A DNA stretch of 55,023 nt from positions 1-55,023 of IMG/VR virus record IMGVR_UViG_3300037469_000008. One strand, written 5' to 3'. The stretch comes from a virus. Its lineage: Duplodnaviria > Caudoviricetes. The notes beneath the pieces are model-generated. The model did no database searches, was not told the DNA's origin, and saw only the letters and a program-made list of their open reading frames with translations. A program made the position numbers and the translations under genes. Positions 39,080 to 47,832 of the stretch are shown one piece after another; within the stretch, counting starts at the first letter, position 1, and each line of letters opens with the position of its first letter.

Positions 39080-41276
39080 CTGCCACCTCCGCCCACAGCG
39101 TTGTCTGCGTTTTGCTTCTGATCATCCGGTCCAGGTTCTTGCGCGCAGCGGCAAAGTAGGACGGCTTGAGTTCACACCCTACAAATCGGCGTCCGTGTCG
39201 AATTGCCTCATAGCCAGTGCTGCCAATGCCGGCGAATGGATCAAGTACCGTCTCGCCTGCGTTGCTCCACAAGCGCACGCACCGCTCGATGAGTGACAAC
39301 TGAAGCGGGCATACATGTTTCTCGTCGTCGCTCTCGCGCCCCTCCGCAGCGTTCAGGGTGTTGCTCTCGCGGATGTCGTACCACACCGGATGCGCCCACT
39401 TGATCCATTCGTCGTTGGTGATATCGGGCTGAATGGGCGTCGTGTTCTCTCCCGGTTTGCGAAAGATGAGGATGTAGTCCGCCAGTCCGGGCCGCATCCA
39501 GGAGCTGTCTTTGCGGAGTTGCACGAAGAGCAGGCCCTTTGCCTTTGTGCGCACAGCCTGGGCCTGTGGGTTTTTGTCCACCGTGATTTCGCCGTGATAC
39601 ATCCATCCCCGATCCACAAACGCGCGCACGACCTCACCGCGAAAGTCCTTGAGTCCGATAAAGCCATCTTTCACGAGGCTGGCGGCCACCTGCTGTACAT
39701 GGATGCAGCAGTCTCGTCCGGGCTGAGTAACCCGCAGCAGGTGAGTGATGATGTAGTTGAGATGCTGATAGAATTCAGCGGTGTTTTTGCTATTGCCGAG
39801 ATCGCGATCTGTCGGGCTGTAGCAAAACAGGTCCTGAAATGGGATAGAACTGACAGTGAGGGCGACGGAATTATCAGGGATCTCAGCCAGCCGCTCACAG
39901 CTATCACCCAGCATCAGGGTATAGTGGGTATTCTTGATCGTGTCGGTGGTATAGGCGTCGTCCTGGCTCGCGTTCTCGATTTCTGCGCGCTCAAAGGACT
40001 GGACATGTTGAATAAGTTGCTGACTCATGGACGCAGCCTCATGCTCTTTCCGCATCACATTTTGATAGATTTCCTGTTCAATTTCAGAGAGGACAATATA
40101 GGCGTTCACCGGATGTTTTTGCCCGAAACGGTAGCACCGCCTGATGCACTGGTAGTACGCCTCGAAACTGTCGGAGAGGCCAATAAAAGCCATGTTGTGA
40201 CAGGACTGGAAGTTCATTCCATACCCAGCAATTTTGGGTTTGGTGATAAGCACGCGGACGTGTCCACCCTGAAAGGCTTCGATCGCGGCGATTTTCTCGT
40301 CCGGGCTATCGCTGCCCGTGATTTCGACTGCACCAGGGATTGCCTGAGCCAGTGCGGCGCTCTCATCGTTCATGCCGCACCACAAAATCCACTGCTCATC
40401 GTTCGACTGCACCAACTCAACGGCGTGAGCAACCCGCTCTTCGATCGTGCCCCTGCGCGCCTGACTACGATCCTGGATGCCTTTTAGTCCGGTAAAGAAA
40501 AGCTGATCGGCGGGTTTGTAGTCCGTCCCCACGATCACCGACTCGACCTGCAGCGCCGGCAGGACATAGCCCTCATCGCTGAATCCGATGTCAGATGGAC
40601 GCTTGATCGACATGCTCCATGATGCCATCCAGCGATAGAATGCATCCGTTGCGTGGCCTTTCAGCCGCCAGCCGGTGCCGCTGCCATTGGAGCTGTCGTG
40701 TACGAAGAATGTTGCGAGCATCTCGGCGCGTGGCAGAATGCCCAGGAATTCGCTGTGATTGGCGATTTCTACGAGGTCATTGGGCGCCGGGGTTGCAGTG
40801 CAACAGAGTCGGTAGGGCGTCTTCATGAACATCTCGATCAACAGATCGCGTGTTTTGCCGTCTACCGCTTTGAGGATACTGCTCTCATCCAAGACCACCG
40901 CGCCGAAGTCAGCAGGATCAAAGTGGCCGATCATCTCATAGTTGGTGATGTTGATGCCGTTCGTCATGTCGTCACGCGAACGGGTGTAGTGGACATCGAC
41001 GCCGATTTTTCTGGCCTCGGTCGCTGTTTGGCGGGCCACTGACAACGGTGCGATGATCAGCACACGCGTTCTCGTGAGTCGCGCCCATTCCACCTGGCAC
41101 ATCGTCTTCCCTAACCCGGTGTCAGCAAACAGGGCCGCGCGGCCTTTTCTCAGTGCCCACTGCACCAGGGTTTTCTGGAAGTCAAAAAGTTTCGGGTGGA
41201 TGGCAGAAATCGGGACCTCGATCCCTGCCGACGGCGCGGTGGCTTTTTTGCTTGCTAGGAAATGCTGATAATCCAT
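39072..41276 (-). CDS. SNF2-like helicase fused to N4/N6 DNA methyltransferase
   Basis: DTGLGKT, DESS, TATP, QCIRRCYRFGQ; GDSCE, SSIPF, HVCPLQ, VLDPFAGIGST. Confidence 0.9.
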   Translation of the reverse strand: MDYQHFLASKKATAPSAGIEVPISAIHPKLFDFQKTLVQWALRKGRAALFADTGLGKTMCQVEWARLTRTRVLIIAPLSVARQTATEARKIGVDVHYTRSRDDMTNGINITNYEMIGHFDPADFGAVVLDESSILKAVDGKTRDLLIEMFMKTPYRLCCTATPAPNDLVEIANHSEFLGILPRAEMLATFFVHDSSNGSGTGWRLKGHATDAFYRWMASWSMSIKRPSDIGFSDEGYVLPALQVESVIVGTDYKPADQLFFTGLKGIQDRSQARRGTIEERVAHAVELVQSNDEQWILWCGMNDESAALAQAIPGAVEITGSDSPDEKIAAIEAFQGGHVRVLITKPKIAGYGMNFQSCHNMAFIGLSDSFEAYYQCIRRCYRFGQKHPVNAYIVLSEIEQEIYQNVMRKEHEAASMSQQLIQHVQSFERAEIENASQDDAYTTDTIKNTHYTLMLGDSCERLAEIPDNSVALTVSSIPFQDLFCYSPTDRDLGNSKNTAEFYQHLNYIITHLLRVTQPGRDCCIHVQQVAASLVKDGFIGLKDFRGEVVRAFVDRGWMYHGEITVDKNPQAQAVRTKAKGLLFVQLRKDSSWMRPGLADYILIFRKPGENTTPIQPDITNDEWIKWAHPVWYDIRESNTLNAAEGRESDDEKHVCPLQLSLIERCVRLWSNAGETVLDPFAGIGSTGYEAIRHGRRFVGCELKPSYFAAARKNLDRMIRSKTQTTLWAEVAGD

Positions 41277-41337
41277 TAATTGTCCCGTCCTTTTTGCCGC
41301 GAAAGCGGATTCCTTGTAACTCGTCCTGTGGCTCCCC

Positions 41338-41492
41338 TTGCGGAATGGCATTCTGGGGAGTATAATAGTTGCTTACCGCGCAAGTCCGGTGCAGCCGCAT
41401 CATTCCTGCTTCCACGCTTCCGCGTGAACAGAACCTACAGTCCGAACACTCAAGGCCGCATCCAGATGTCAGAGAGATGCGGCCCTTTTATG
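41338..41492 (+). ncRNA. Antisense sRNA unit (promoter, about 120 nt, terminator)
   Basis: TTGCGG-N17-TATAAT; GGCCGCATC/GATGCGGCC hairpin plus TTTT. Confidence 0.7.
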
Positions 41493-41509
41493 CCTGCCGC
41501 GCATCTCAT

Positions 41510-41701
41510 TCATGACGCCATGTGCGCCTGGATGAATCGCTCTACTTCCTCATCGGTAAAGCGTATGATTCGCTTGCCAGGGCCCGACCGTCGATGGCCG
41601 TACTCCACATCTCGAATCTCTCCGCGCTGCCGAAATCTATCCAGAGATGTAACGGAAATGCGCAGTCTCTCTGCCGTTTCCTTTTTTGTTAAAAGTCGCA
41701 T
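41510..41701 (-). CDS. HTH DNA-binding protein (excisionase/Cro-like)
   Basis: LLTKKETAERLRIS...RF...V..FI. Confidence 0.85.
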   Translation of the reverse strand: MRLLTKKETAERLRISVTSLDRFRQRGEIRDVEYGHRRSGPGKRIIRFTDEEVERFIQAHMAS

Positions 41702-41794
41702 AACCACTTCTCTCACTTGCAGCATTCTACGCACTACGAATACCATTAACACGCATTCTATAATATCTATATTCACCCAAATTCACCAGATTTG

Positions 41795-41905
41795 TTGACA
41801 TTGTATGTTCGCTTGCGTTATGCTTTGAAATGATAAAACAAGGTTTTATCGGGCCTGCGAGGGGCTATCTCCCTGATCCCCATCAATGGAGCCCTCTCAG
41901 CAGGC
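41795..41905 (+). ncRNA. Promoter plus two-hairpin RNA, convergent with HTH gene 3' end
   Basis: TTGACA-N18-TATGCT; GATAAAAC/GTTTTATC and GGCCTGC...GCAGGCC stems. Confidence 0.5.
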
Positions 41906-42106
41906 CACCCGACCATCCGCTTCGTTCTCCGCCGGCATCGTCGCTTGGCGACGCAAATAGTCAGCCAGATCGCCTGATCCGATACGATATTCGCCGCCAA
42001 TTTGGATAGCGCGCAATTCCTTTCCCCGAATCTTCTGGCGAACCGTTGTCTCCTTAATTTGTAGGAGTTGTGCAATTTCTTTCACTGTATAGTAGCGTTC
42101 GTCCAT
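41897..42106 (-). CDS. HTH DNA-binding protein (excisionase-like)
   Basis: YYTVKEIA.LLQI...TVR..I....L.A..IG..YRI. Confidence 0.88.
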   Translation of the reverse strand: MDERYYTVKEIAQLLQIKETTVRQKIRGKELRAIQIGGEYRIGSGDLADYLRRQATMPAENEADGRVAC

Positions 42107-42176
42107 TGGCTGTGCTCTCCTGCCCATTCTATGAGTAACCGTAGGTATGTGTCACTTCACGTTACTCTGTGGTATA

Positions 42177-42248
42177 AGTATAGGCTCTTGAAACCGCCGT
42201 TGTCAAGGTTTGCATCGCCTTGCCTGGACGCTACGCGTGTGTGATAAT
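42177..42248. promoter_or_regulatory. Divergent promoter pair
   Basis: (-) TTGACA-N18-TATACT at 42206-42177; (+) TTGCCT-N17-GATAAT at 42220-42248. Confidence 0.65.
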
Positions 42249-42250
42249 GT

Positions 42251-42622
42251 GGGAGCGGCGCGCGCCGCTTGCTCCGTCGGGGATGCTCTCGTTTACAAAA
42301 CATCTCCGTTTGCGTTAACGCAGTTCGTCGCGTGCCTGTTCGGCCCCATAAGACCGGCACGTTCTACTGTAGGGTTCCACCTCCTCATTCACCAAGATAC
42401 AAGCCCGTATCGGCGGGCAGAAGAATGCAAGGGAAAAACTCTTTGGGGGCGTCGCGGAATTCGTGGCGTCCAATCTGCTCAGGAGCAAGCGAGCAGTATA
42501 CAAAGTGTAACATTCACCACATAAATGTTCAAGCTTTGAACGAGGATGTTGAGAATTCTTTACTTCACTGCCCAAAAGTCCTAGGACATCTGTTTCTCTG
42601 TTGTGTTTAAAAGAGAAACATA
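42251..42622 (+). ncRNA. Candidate structured RNA or long leader, about 370 nt
   Basis: About nine hairpins; G-U pairs favour the + strand; no convincing ORF. Confidence 0.5.
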
Positions 42623-42708
42623 TCTTGTGCACTGTATCTCTACTCTCCCCGAAACCGCATCTCTACCCCATTTGCCATATACTATCCTATTATTTAGGAA
42701 GGACAAAG

Positions 42709-43200
42709 ATGATGCGGTTAGATATTCCCTGTAAAACTGGCAAAATCAAATTGGGCGATGATGATGTCCTGCGTATTCAGGCATTCGGTAAGGTGCTCTG
42801 GCAATCACCTGTATCTGAAGTCACCAAGTTCGTGACACAACCCGGCTCACTTGGCATGATTGTAATCACCATCGCGTCCAAAGGTGGTCCGTATAGGGCA
42901 GAGATGGTCACGAAAGCTAACTTTGAGAAACTCCAGTCGCTCTTTCCGCTGGTGCCAGTGCAGGCGGTCGGCAAGGACTGGTGGTTGAACCCGGCGATGC
43001 TTACGCACGTCGGAGTCTACATCAAGGAGAAAGACCTGCAGCGTGAGATGGAAGCGGCGTATCAGCACGGATGGCAAATGCAAGGTCAATCAGGGACAGG
43101 CGGATTCGTCAATGCGGGCGGTTTCACGATGCGAGGCAAGACGGAAACCACCGTGACATTTATCAGAACGCCAGAGTGGCTGGCCGAACATCAGCAGTAG
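42709..43200 (+). CDS. Hypothetical protein (possible PH-like and DUF4177-like domains), moron
   Basis: SD AAGGA; C-terminal EMEAAYQHGWQM motif. Confidence 0.75.
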   Translation: MMRLDIPCKTGKIKLGDDDVLRIQAFGKVLWQSPVSEVTKFVTQPGSLGMIVITIASKGGPYRAEMVTKANFEKLQSLFPLVPVQAVGKDWWLNPAMLTHVGVYIKEKDLQREMEAAYQHGWQMQGQSGTGGFVNAGGFTMRGKTETTVTFIRTPEWLAEHQQ

Positions 43201-43394
43201 CTTGGCAGCAGGCGGCAAATGGGGGCTCGTCGCCTGCTCACGTCTGCCCCGTCAGGCAGAACGTAAACTATCTTTTGATGTTCCAGTGGCGTTGTTCTGA
43301 AGTTGTGGCTGCGGTAGGATCGCTCGGATTCTACGACAACCACAACTCCATACTTCTCCTACGTTGGTCTCGCTGAACGCCATACTCGCATTGC

Positions 43395-43547
43395 TTACCT
43401 TCCGGTAAGGACATATATGATGAAACTCATGACTAACGTTACCATCATGAGAAACCAGAGCCAGCGCGGCAAGCCAATTTGGTTCGTAAATAAACGCATG
43501 TAGAACGTCCATGCGTCTCGCAGAAAAGAAGTCAAACGTGGAATCAT
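43395..43547 (-). CDS. 50-aa membrane peptide (not in ORF track)
   Basis: SD GGAGG; MIPRLTSFLRDAWTFYMRLFTNQIGLPRWLWFLMMVTLVMSFIIYVLTGR. Confidence 0.7.
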   Translation of the reverse strand: MIPRLTSFLRDAWTFYMRLFTNQIGLPRWLWFLMMVTLVMSFIIYVLTGR

Positions 43548-43615
43548 CACTCCCCTCCATGTTGTACTCAGCCAACGACGGTTTTGCGGGCTGCTTCTTT
43601 ATATTGAATAGTATA

Positions 43616-43930
43616 GGCGTGGAACGTGGGGACTCTCCACGCCGCGACCCGTTGTTGTGCTCTCCCCGCCGGGCCACAGTTAGGCCGTGAGGCGATTATG
43701 GCAACTCACTGGGTTGCCTGGGAGACGCTCTGAAGTTGTTCAAGTGCAAAATCAAGGGAGAGCAGTCCCGGTGACCCGGATGTACCTCCACTTGCGAGGA
43801 TGCGTTGCCGGGACTGCATATGTTTCAAGAGTACTCAGTTTTCATTCTCGTCGGAACCCAATACGCACCCGATATTCTGAGAAGCAGCTGACGCTGACCT
43901 ATCAGCAAGTGACCTGGAGAATCAGCGTAT
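43616..43930 (+). ncRNA. Candidate structured non-coding region
   Basis: GGCGTGGA/TCCACGCC stem, three-way junction, 14-bp GCAGTCCCGGTGAC stem. Confidence 0.4.
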
Positions 43931-44009
43931 AGACGCAAAAGCAAACAGAACGTCTTCTGAAAACGTACTGTTCGATGTTATAATGAAAGTGGTGCTATGG
44001 CCTACCAGC

Positions 44010-44297
44010 TTACGCGACCAACGATCCTGGTAGGCCACGGCCTAGACGGTCATCCTCTGCTGCGTTCTCGGCAACAGCAACTCCCATCTCCTTTGCCTCT
44101 GCATCGGAAACTATAAGCTCCTGCGGTTTAACCCCCAAGGCGTTAGCGATCTTCTCCAGAGCATCAAGTCGAACACTCACGGTGTCATTGCTCCAATACC
44201 GATAAAGTAGCGGGAGAGTGACGCCGCTTTTAATTTGTAGCTGATTGCGGTTTAACCCCTGTTTCTCAGCTAATTGTCTAACGATAAGTTGGGCCAT
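44010..44297 (-). CDS. Cro/CI-type HTH repressor (no S24 peptidase domain)
   Basis: L..KSGV....L.RY......VRLD.LEKIA.ALGV.P.ELI; SD GGAGG. Confidence 0.88.
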   Translation of the reverse strand: MAQLIVRQLAEKQGLNRNQLQIKSGVTLPLLYRYWSNDTVSVRLDALEKIANALGVKPQELIVSDAEAKEMGVAVAENAAEDDRLGRGLPGSLVA

Positions 44298-44316
44298 CGA
44301 CCCCTCCACAAGTAGA

Positions 44317-44453
44317 ATATGTCTTAACCATACGCCAATATTAACATGCAAAAGTATGTCTGTCAATATGGGTATGAATTTGTCTGTACGCTCGAAATAC
44401 TAACGAAAACATATTGACAAGAACGTAGGTTTTCTGGTATACTTAAGACATAG
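44317..44453. promoter_or_regulatory. Divergent switch promoters with operator repeats and LexA-like box
   Basis: (-) TTGACA-N17-TAATAT; (+) TTGACA-N18-TATACT; TATGTCTTAA/TTAAGACATA repeats; GAAC-N4-GTTT at 44421. Confidence 0.8.
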
Positions 44454-44485
44454 AAGAGAGCAACCAAGTAGCAAGGAGCACGAAG

Positions 44486-45331
44486 ATGGCAACCATCGAC
44501 ATCACCCCGGAAATCCGCGAGAATATGAACACCGTCCTCAACGCACTTCGCCAAATCTGCACCCATGACGGCAGTTTCGAGTTCGATGAACTCAAATCAA
44601 CTGGGCTGAGCCGAACAGATGTCATGCAAGCGATTGCATTCCTCAACGACGCCGGCCAGTGCATTCGCAAAGAGCCCGTTCGCCTCTTCGGATGTACTAT
44701 GTACCAGTGGTGCTGGCGCACGGTGTACGAAAATAAAATGAAAGTGGCCCGCGAAAGCGCACAGTGCTCAGTCAGTGAGCCCGCCGTCGAAGAGACCGCT
44801 CCGGCAGTTGCTCCCCCCGCTGCTGAAAAACCGGCCCAGTCAGTTGATCGGAAAGTACGCAAGCCAGCGAAAGAACTGAAAGAACTCCGCTACGAGCAGG
44901 TTCTTGACCGCGCACAAGTCGGCGAGTACGTCATCTACACTGTCCTGTCCAGCGACGGCAGAAGCCGGTATCATACAACGTTGGTGGCTGGGATCGCGAC
45001 CGGGTGCGATTGCCCGGCAGGACAGCACGGACGCAATTGCTACCACCGTGCCGGGGTTGAAGCCTATGAGCGTTTCCATCAGGCGTGGGAAGCACCTGTA
45101 TCTCCTACGGTTGTCGAATCGCCTGCTCAACAGCAGGATCGGCATGCCGTGACAGTGGCCTCTGCCCTGATGGGAGAATCGTTCGCTGCGGATATGCAGG
45201 CACACGTCGAGGACTCGATTTCGTCGGGAGACTTTGAACCAGCGCAAGTGGTGCGTGGCAGCTGCAACGGATGTGGACGGTCAGTCCGCCGGCACGGCTT
45301 CTGTGCACGGTGCGCGGGCGTGGCGGCGTAG
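44486..45331 (+). CDS. SWIM Zn-finger early protein
   Basis: Y.V.S...Y...CDCP...CYH; C-terminal CxxC...CxxC. Confidence 0.8.
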   Translation: MATIDITPEIRENMNTVLNALRQICTHDGSFEFDELKSTGLSRTDVMQAIAFLNDAGQCIRKEPVRLFGCTMYQWCWRTVYENKMKVARESAQCSVSEPAVEETAPAVAPPAAEKPAQSVDRKVRKPAKELKELRYEQVLDRAQVGEYVIYTVLSSDGRSRYHTTLVAGIATGCDCPAGQHGRNCYHRAGVEAYERFHQAWEAPVSPTVVESPAQQQDRHAVTVASALMGESFAADMQAHVEDSISSGDFEPAQVVRGSCNGCGRSVRRHGFCARCAGVAA

Positions 45332-45380
45332 TGAGATCCGCGACGGGCGGCGCGTTATCCGCCCGAGAACAGGATTGAAG

Positions 45381-46223
45381 ATGAGCGTTGCCGGATATAA
45401 CGTTGACCCGGAGTCGGGAGATGCGGTCGCCGGGATCAACCAGAGCGAATACATGGTTTTTAAATATCGCCATATCCATGGTGGCTACACACTATGGGAT
45501 ATTATCGACAAGCGGATGCATACAATGTATGGCGTGGTCTTGCTCAAGACCACCGCTATCACCTGCAGTTGCCCCAAGAAGGCGCGGGAGGAAAAATGCG
45601 AGCATATGCTCGCATGCGAGAAGCGCGAGCAGGGCCGGGTCGCCGTCAACCTCGCGCACTTCTTCCGGGCAGTCTCGCGCTTTGTGGAGCGCGGCCAGCG
45701 CGAACTGACAGGCGCCGATCTCGTCAAGCAGCGCGAGTTGAGCGCTCCCCGCCGAAAGGAGATGAGGATGAACCCGGAAACGTACCCCTGGTCGCAGTGC
45801 GATCCAGAGGATTATGACAGCAATGCCAGTCCCGAAGATCAGGCTGAGATGGCAGCGGCGCGCAAACAGCAGGCGGAGGTGACTCTCGCATCCATGCGCA
45901 AGGCAGTAGCGGGCGTTCCGTCGTACTGTGAGCGGTATGCTGACCGTCCGTTACCCGACGAAAACCTCTACCGGTGCGCCTGTTGCGGGCGCACCTACCA
46001 GCTTACGCAAGACGAATGCGGCTGGTTGTATGAGCAATGGACGCTGCCCTGCTGCGGATCCAGTTTCCGACAGATGACGTTCATCCGTCGGATCGCAGAC
46101 GGGCGCGTCTTCGACGCAGAAGTCCTCGACTGGATTGAGCCCGACCCGGCCCTCCCCGAATGGTTCGACGAGGACGACCGACCGTTCTGGGGGGATATTG
46201 AGGACGTCTACCCTGGATGGTAG
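45381..46223 (+). CDS. SWIM Zn-finger protein (probably two fused ORFs; start uncertain)
   Basis: CSCP...CEH; internal SD AAGGAG plus ATG near 45768. Confidence 0.65.
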   Translation: MSVAGYNVDPESGDAVAGINQSEYMVFKYRHIHGGYTLWDIIDKRMHTMYGVVLLKTTAITCSCPKKAREEKCEHMLACEKREQGRVAVNLAHFFRAVSRFVERGQRELTGADLVKQRELSAPRRKEMRMNPETYPWSQCDPEDYDSNASPEDQAEMAAARKQQAEVTLASMRKAVAGVPSYCERYADRPLPDENLYRCACCGRTYQLTQDECGWLYEQWTLPCCGSSFRQMTFIRRIADGRVFDAEVLDWIEPDPALPEWFDEDDRPFWGDIEDVYPGW

Positions 46224-46311
46224 GGACTGGCACCCGGCGTGGACTGTGCTGCTGGATCGGCGAAATGCCAGGGAACTGGCCGCGAACTATTATTGTCGAA
46301 AAGGAGAAGAG

Positions 46312-46590
46312 ATGAACTTCGTGCGTATTGGGACGACTGTGATCAACCTGGATAAAATCACTGAGATTGGTGAGTTTGCGACGTATGTGACGGTCCATTT
46401 CGATGGGGACTTGGCCACCACGTTTACCGGGGCGGAAAAAGAACTGCTGCTTCAATGGATCGTGATGCAGCCGCGAATGGAGGATGTGGTGCATTCGCAC
46501 GTGAAACGAGGTGCCAATACTCACGGCAACGATTGTCACGAATGCGGGAACAAGACAGATGACCTGTGCTATCGCGACCCGCGCCAGTAA
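46312..46590 (+). CDS. Hypothetical protein
   Basis: SD AAGGAG; FVRIG..VINLD.I motif. Confidence 0.75.
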   Translation: MNFVRIGTTVINLDKITEIGEFATYVTVHFDGDLATTFTGAEKELLLQWIVMQPRMEDVVHSHVKRGANTHGNDCHECGNKTDDLCYRDPRQ

Positions 46591-46607
46591 GTGAAAGGAA
46601 ATGGACT

Positions 46608-47054
46608 TTGTTTGTGCAGGCAAATGACCGTATGGTCGTCGATCAGGGAGAGATCATGGCTATCTCCCATGATATTGAAGGATTCAACAGTGCGAGCGGC
46701 CATACCAAGAGCATTCAGTTGCAATTGCGGAATGGTGTTGAGATTACCGTGCTTGAATCTGACAGCCATTATCAATGGTGGGTGGCTTATATGGCGCGGA
46801 TACCGTCCATACGATCCGTCATCCTGAATGATATTCGCAACAACGAGTTCGACCCCTTTGTCGAGGATATGCCTCGCACACTGTACGCCTTGTTCCAGTC
46901 CATCACTGGCGCAACAGGATGGCGCATGGAATTATATGGAGACGGGTCCGGCGTGATCAAAGACCAGGACAATATTCTCTGCCAATGGGGTGCCGATTTC
47001 GATGGTGCGATTGAACGGATTGAAGAGTTAAAAAAGCGGAAAGCGGTAGAGTAG
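46608..47054 (+). CDS. Hypothetical protein
   Basis: SD AAGGA plus TTG. Confidence 0.65.
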   Translation: MFVQANDRMVVDQGEIMAISHDIEGFNSASGHTKSIQLQLRNGVEITVLESDSHYQWWVAYMARIPSIRSVILNDIRNNEFDPFVEDMPRTLYALFQSITGATGWRMELYGDGSGVIKDQDNILCQWGADFDGAIERIEELKKRKAVE

Positions 47055-47149
47055 AGCGGGCAGCGCGCAGTCGGCACACAACAAGACTGCGCGCGCAGTT
47101 GGCGACGTGCGGACTTGCGAGGAAAGCGCGTCGCACAAGGAAGTGTACC

Positions 47150-47389
47150 ATGAACTTTTCTCGTTTGGCTAGCGTCGCGTACCCGGCCCGATGGGGACGA
47201 CCTAAATATCGATTTGGGCAGCAGGTTCGCTTTTCGGGCGGATTGGCTTGCGTAACGGGGATGCGCTACTGCGTCTCCTGGAGAGGCGACGAACGCACGC
47301 CGGACCTGATGGAATGGCGATACGAATTGGATCATGAGGTGTTTGTCCCGGCAGAGGTGATCGAGCCAGTTCTGATGGGGGTTGCTTAA
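47150..47389 (+). CDS. Small SH3-like hypothetical protein
   Basis: PKYRFGQQV...G.VTGM.Y...W.Y. Confidence 0.7.
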   Translation: MNFSRLASVAYPARWGRPKYRFGQQVRFSGGLACVTGMRYCVSWRGDERTPDLMEWRYELDHEVFVPAEVIEPVLMGVA

Positions 47390-47390
47390 G

Positions 47391-47543
47391 ATGGACATTA
47401 TCGTTGTGTGCGAGCCGTTGACGCTGACGGAAGAAGTAGACTTCCTGGCAATGGTGAATGATGCTGTGGCGGCAGGCGAACTGACTGCTGAGGATGCGTC
47501 AGAAATCATCGATAGGGAATATTCACTGCAATTGGAGGTATGA
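47391..47543 (+). CDS. 50-aa acidic ORF
   Basis: Fills gap; ATGA overlap with next ORF. Confidence 0.55.
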   Translation: MDIIVVCEPLTLTEEVDFLAMVNDAVAAGELTAEDASEIIDREYSLQLEV

Positions 47544-47761
47544 ATATGGTCATTCGTCCTGCGGAGGAGGTGAAGCAGGGCAAGACGCACGCGTTACTGG
47601 AATTGGCGACGGCTCTAGCCAACGGAGGCAAAATAGGCGTGATTTCTTCTGAGCGTGGCTCTTCTTCATTGCTCTCGCCCTCTGCAGTCGCGAGAGCCAC
47701 GGGATCTGCGCTGAGCACGATGCCCAGATGCGCGCTCAGAGTGCGGTTCGCCGGGCACTGA
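47540..47761 (+). pseudogene. Remnant of AAA_24 / Sak4-like ATPase
   Basis: GKT.ALL.LA..L..GGKIGVI.SERGS.SL without the preceding strand or the rest of the domain. Confidence 0.55.
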
Positions 47762-47832
47762 GGCTGGCGAAGAAGAACGTTGTGTAGCGTGGCCGGGGCC
47801 GAAGAGGCCCCTTTCTGTGCGAGGGTGATGTT

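Noticed and set aside
43416-43456. TGATGA...stem...GAAAC resembling a hammerhead ribozyme
   Set aside because: Core is ATGATGA rather than CTGANGA, stems I and III are not evident, and it lies antisense to a coding peptide
42251-43990. Group I/II intron or GOLLD/ROOL-type RNA
   Set aside because: No recognisable catalytic core motifs or interrupted host gene; a covariance search is needed
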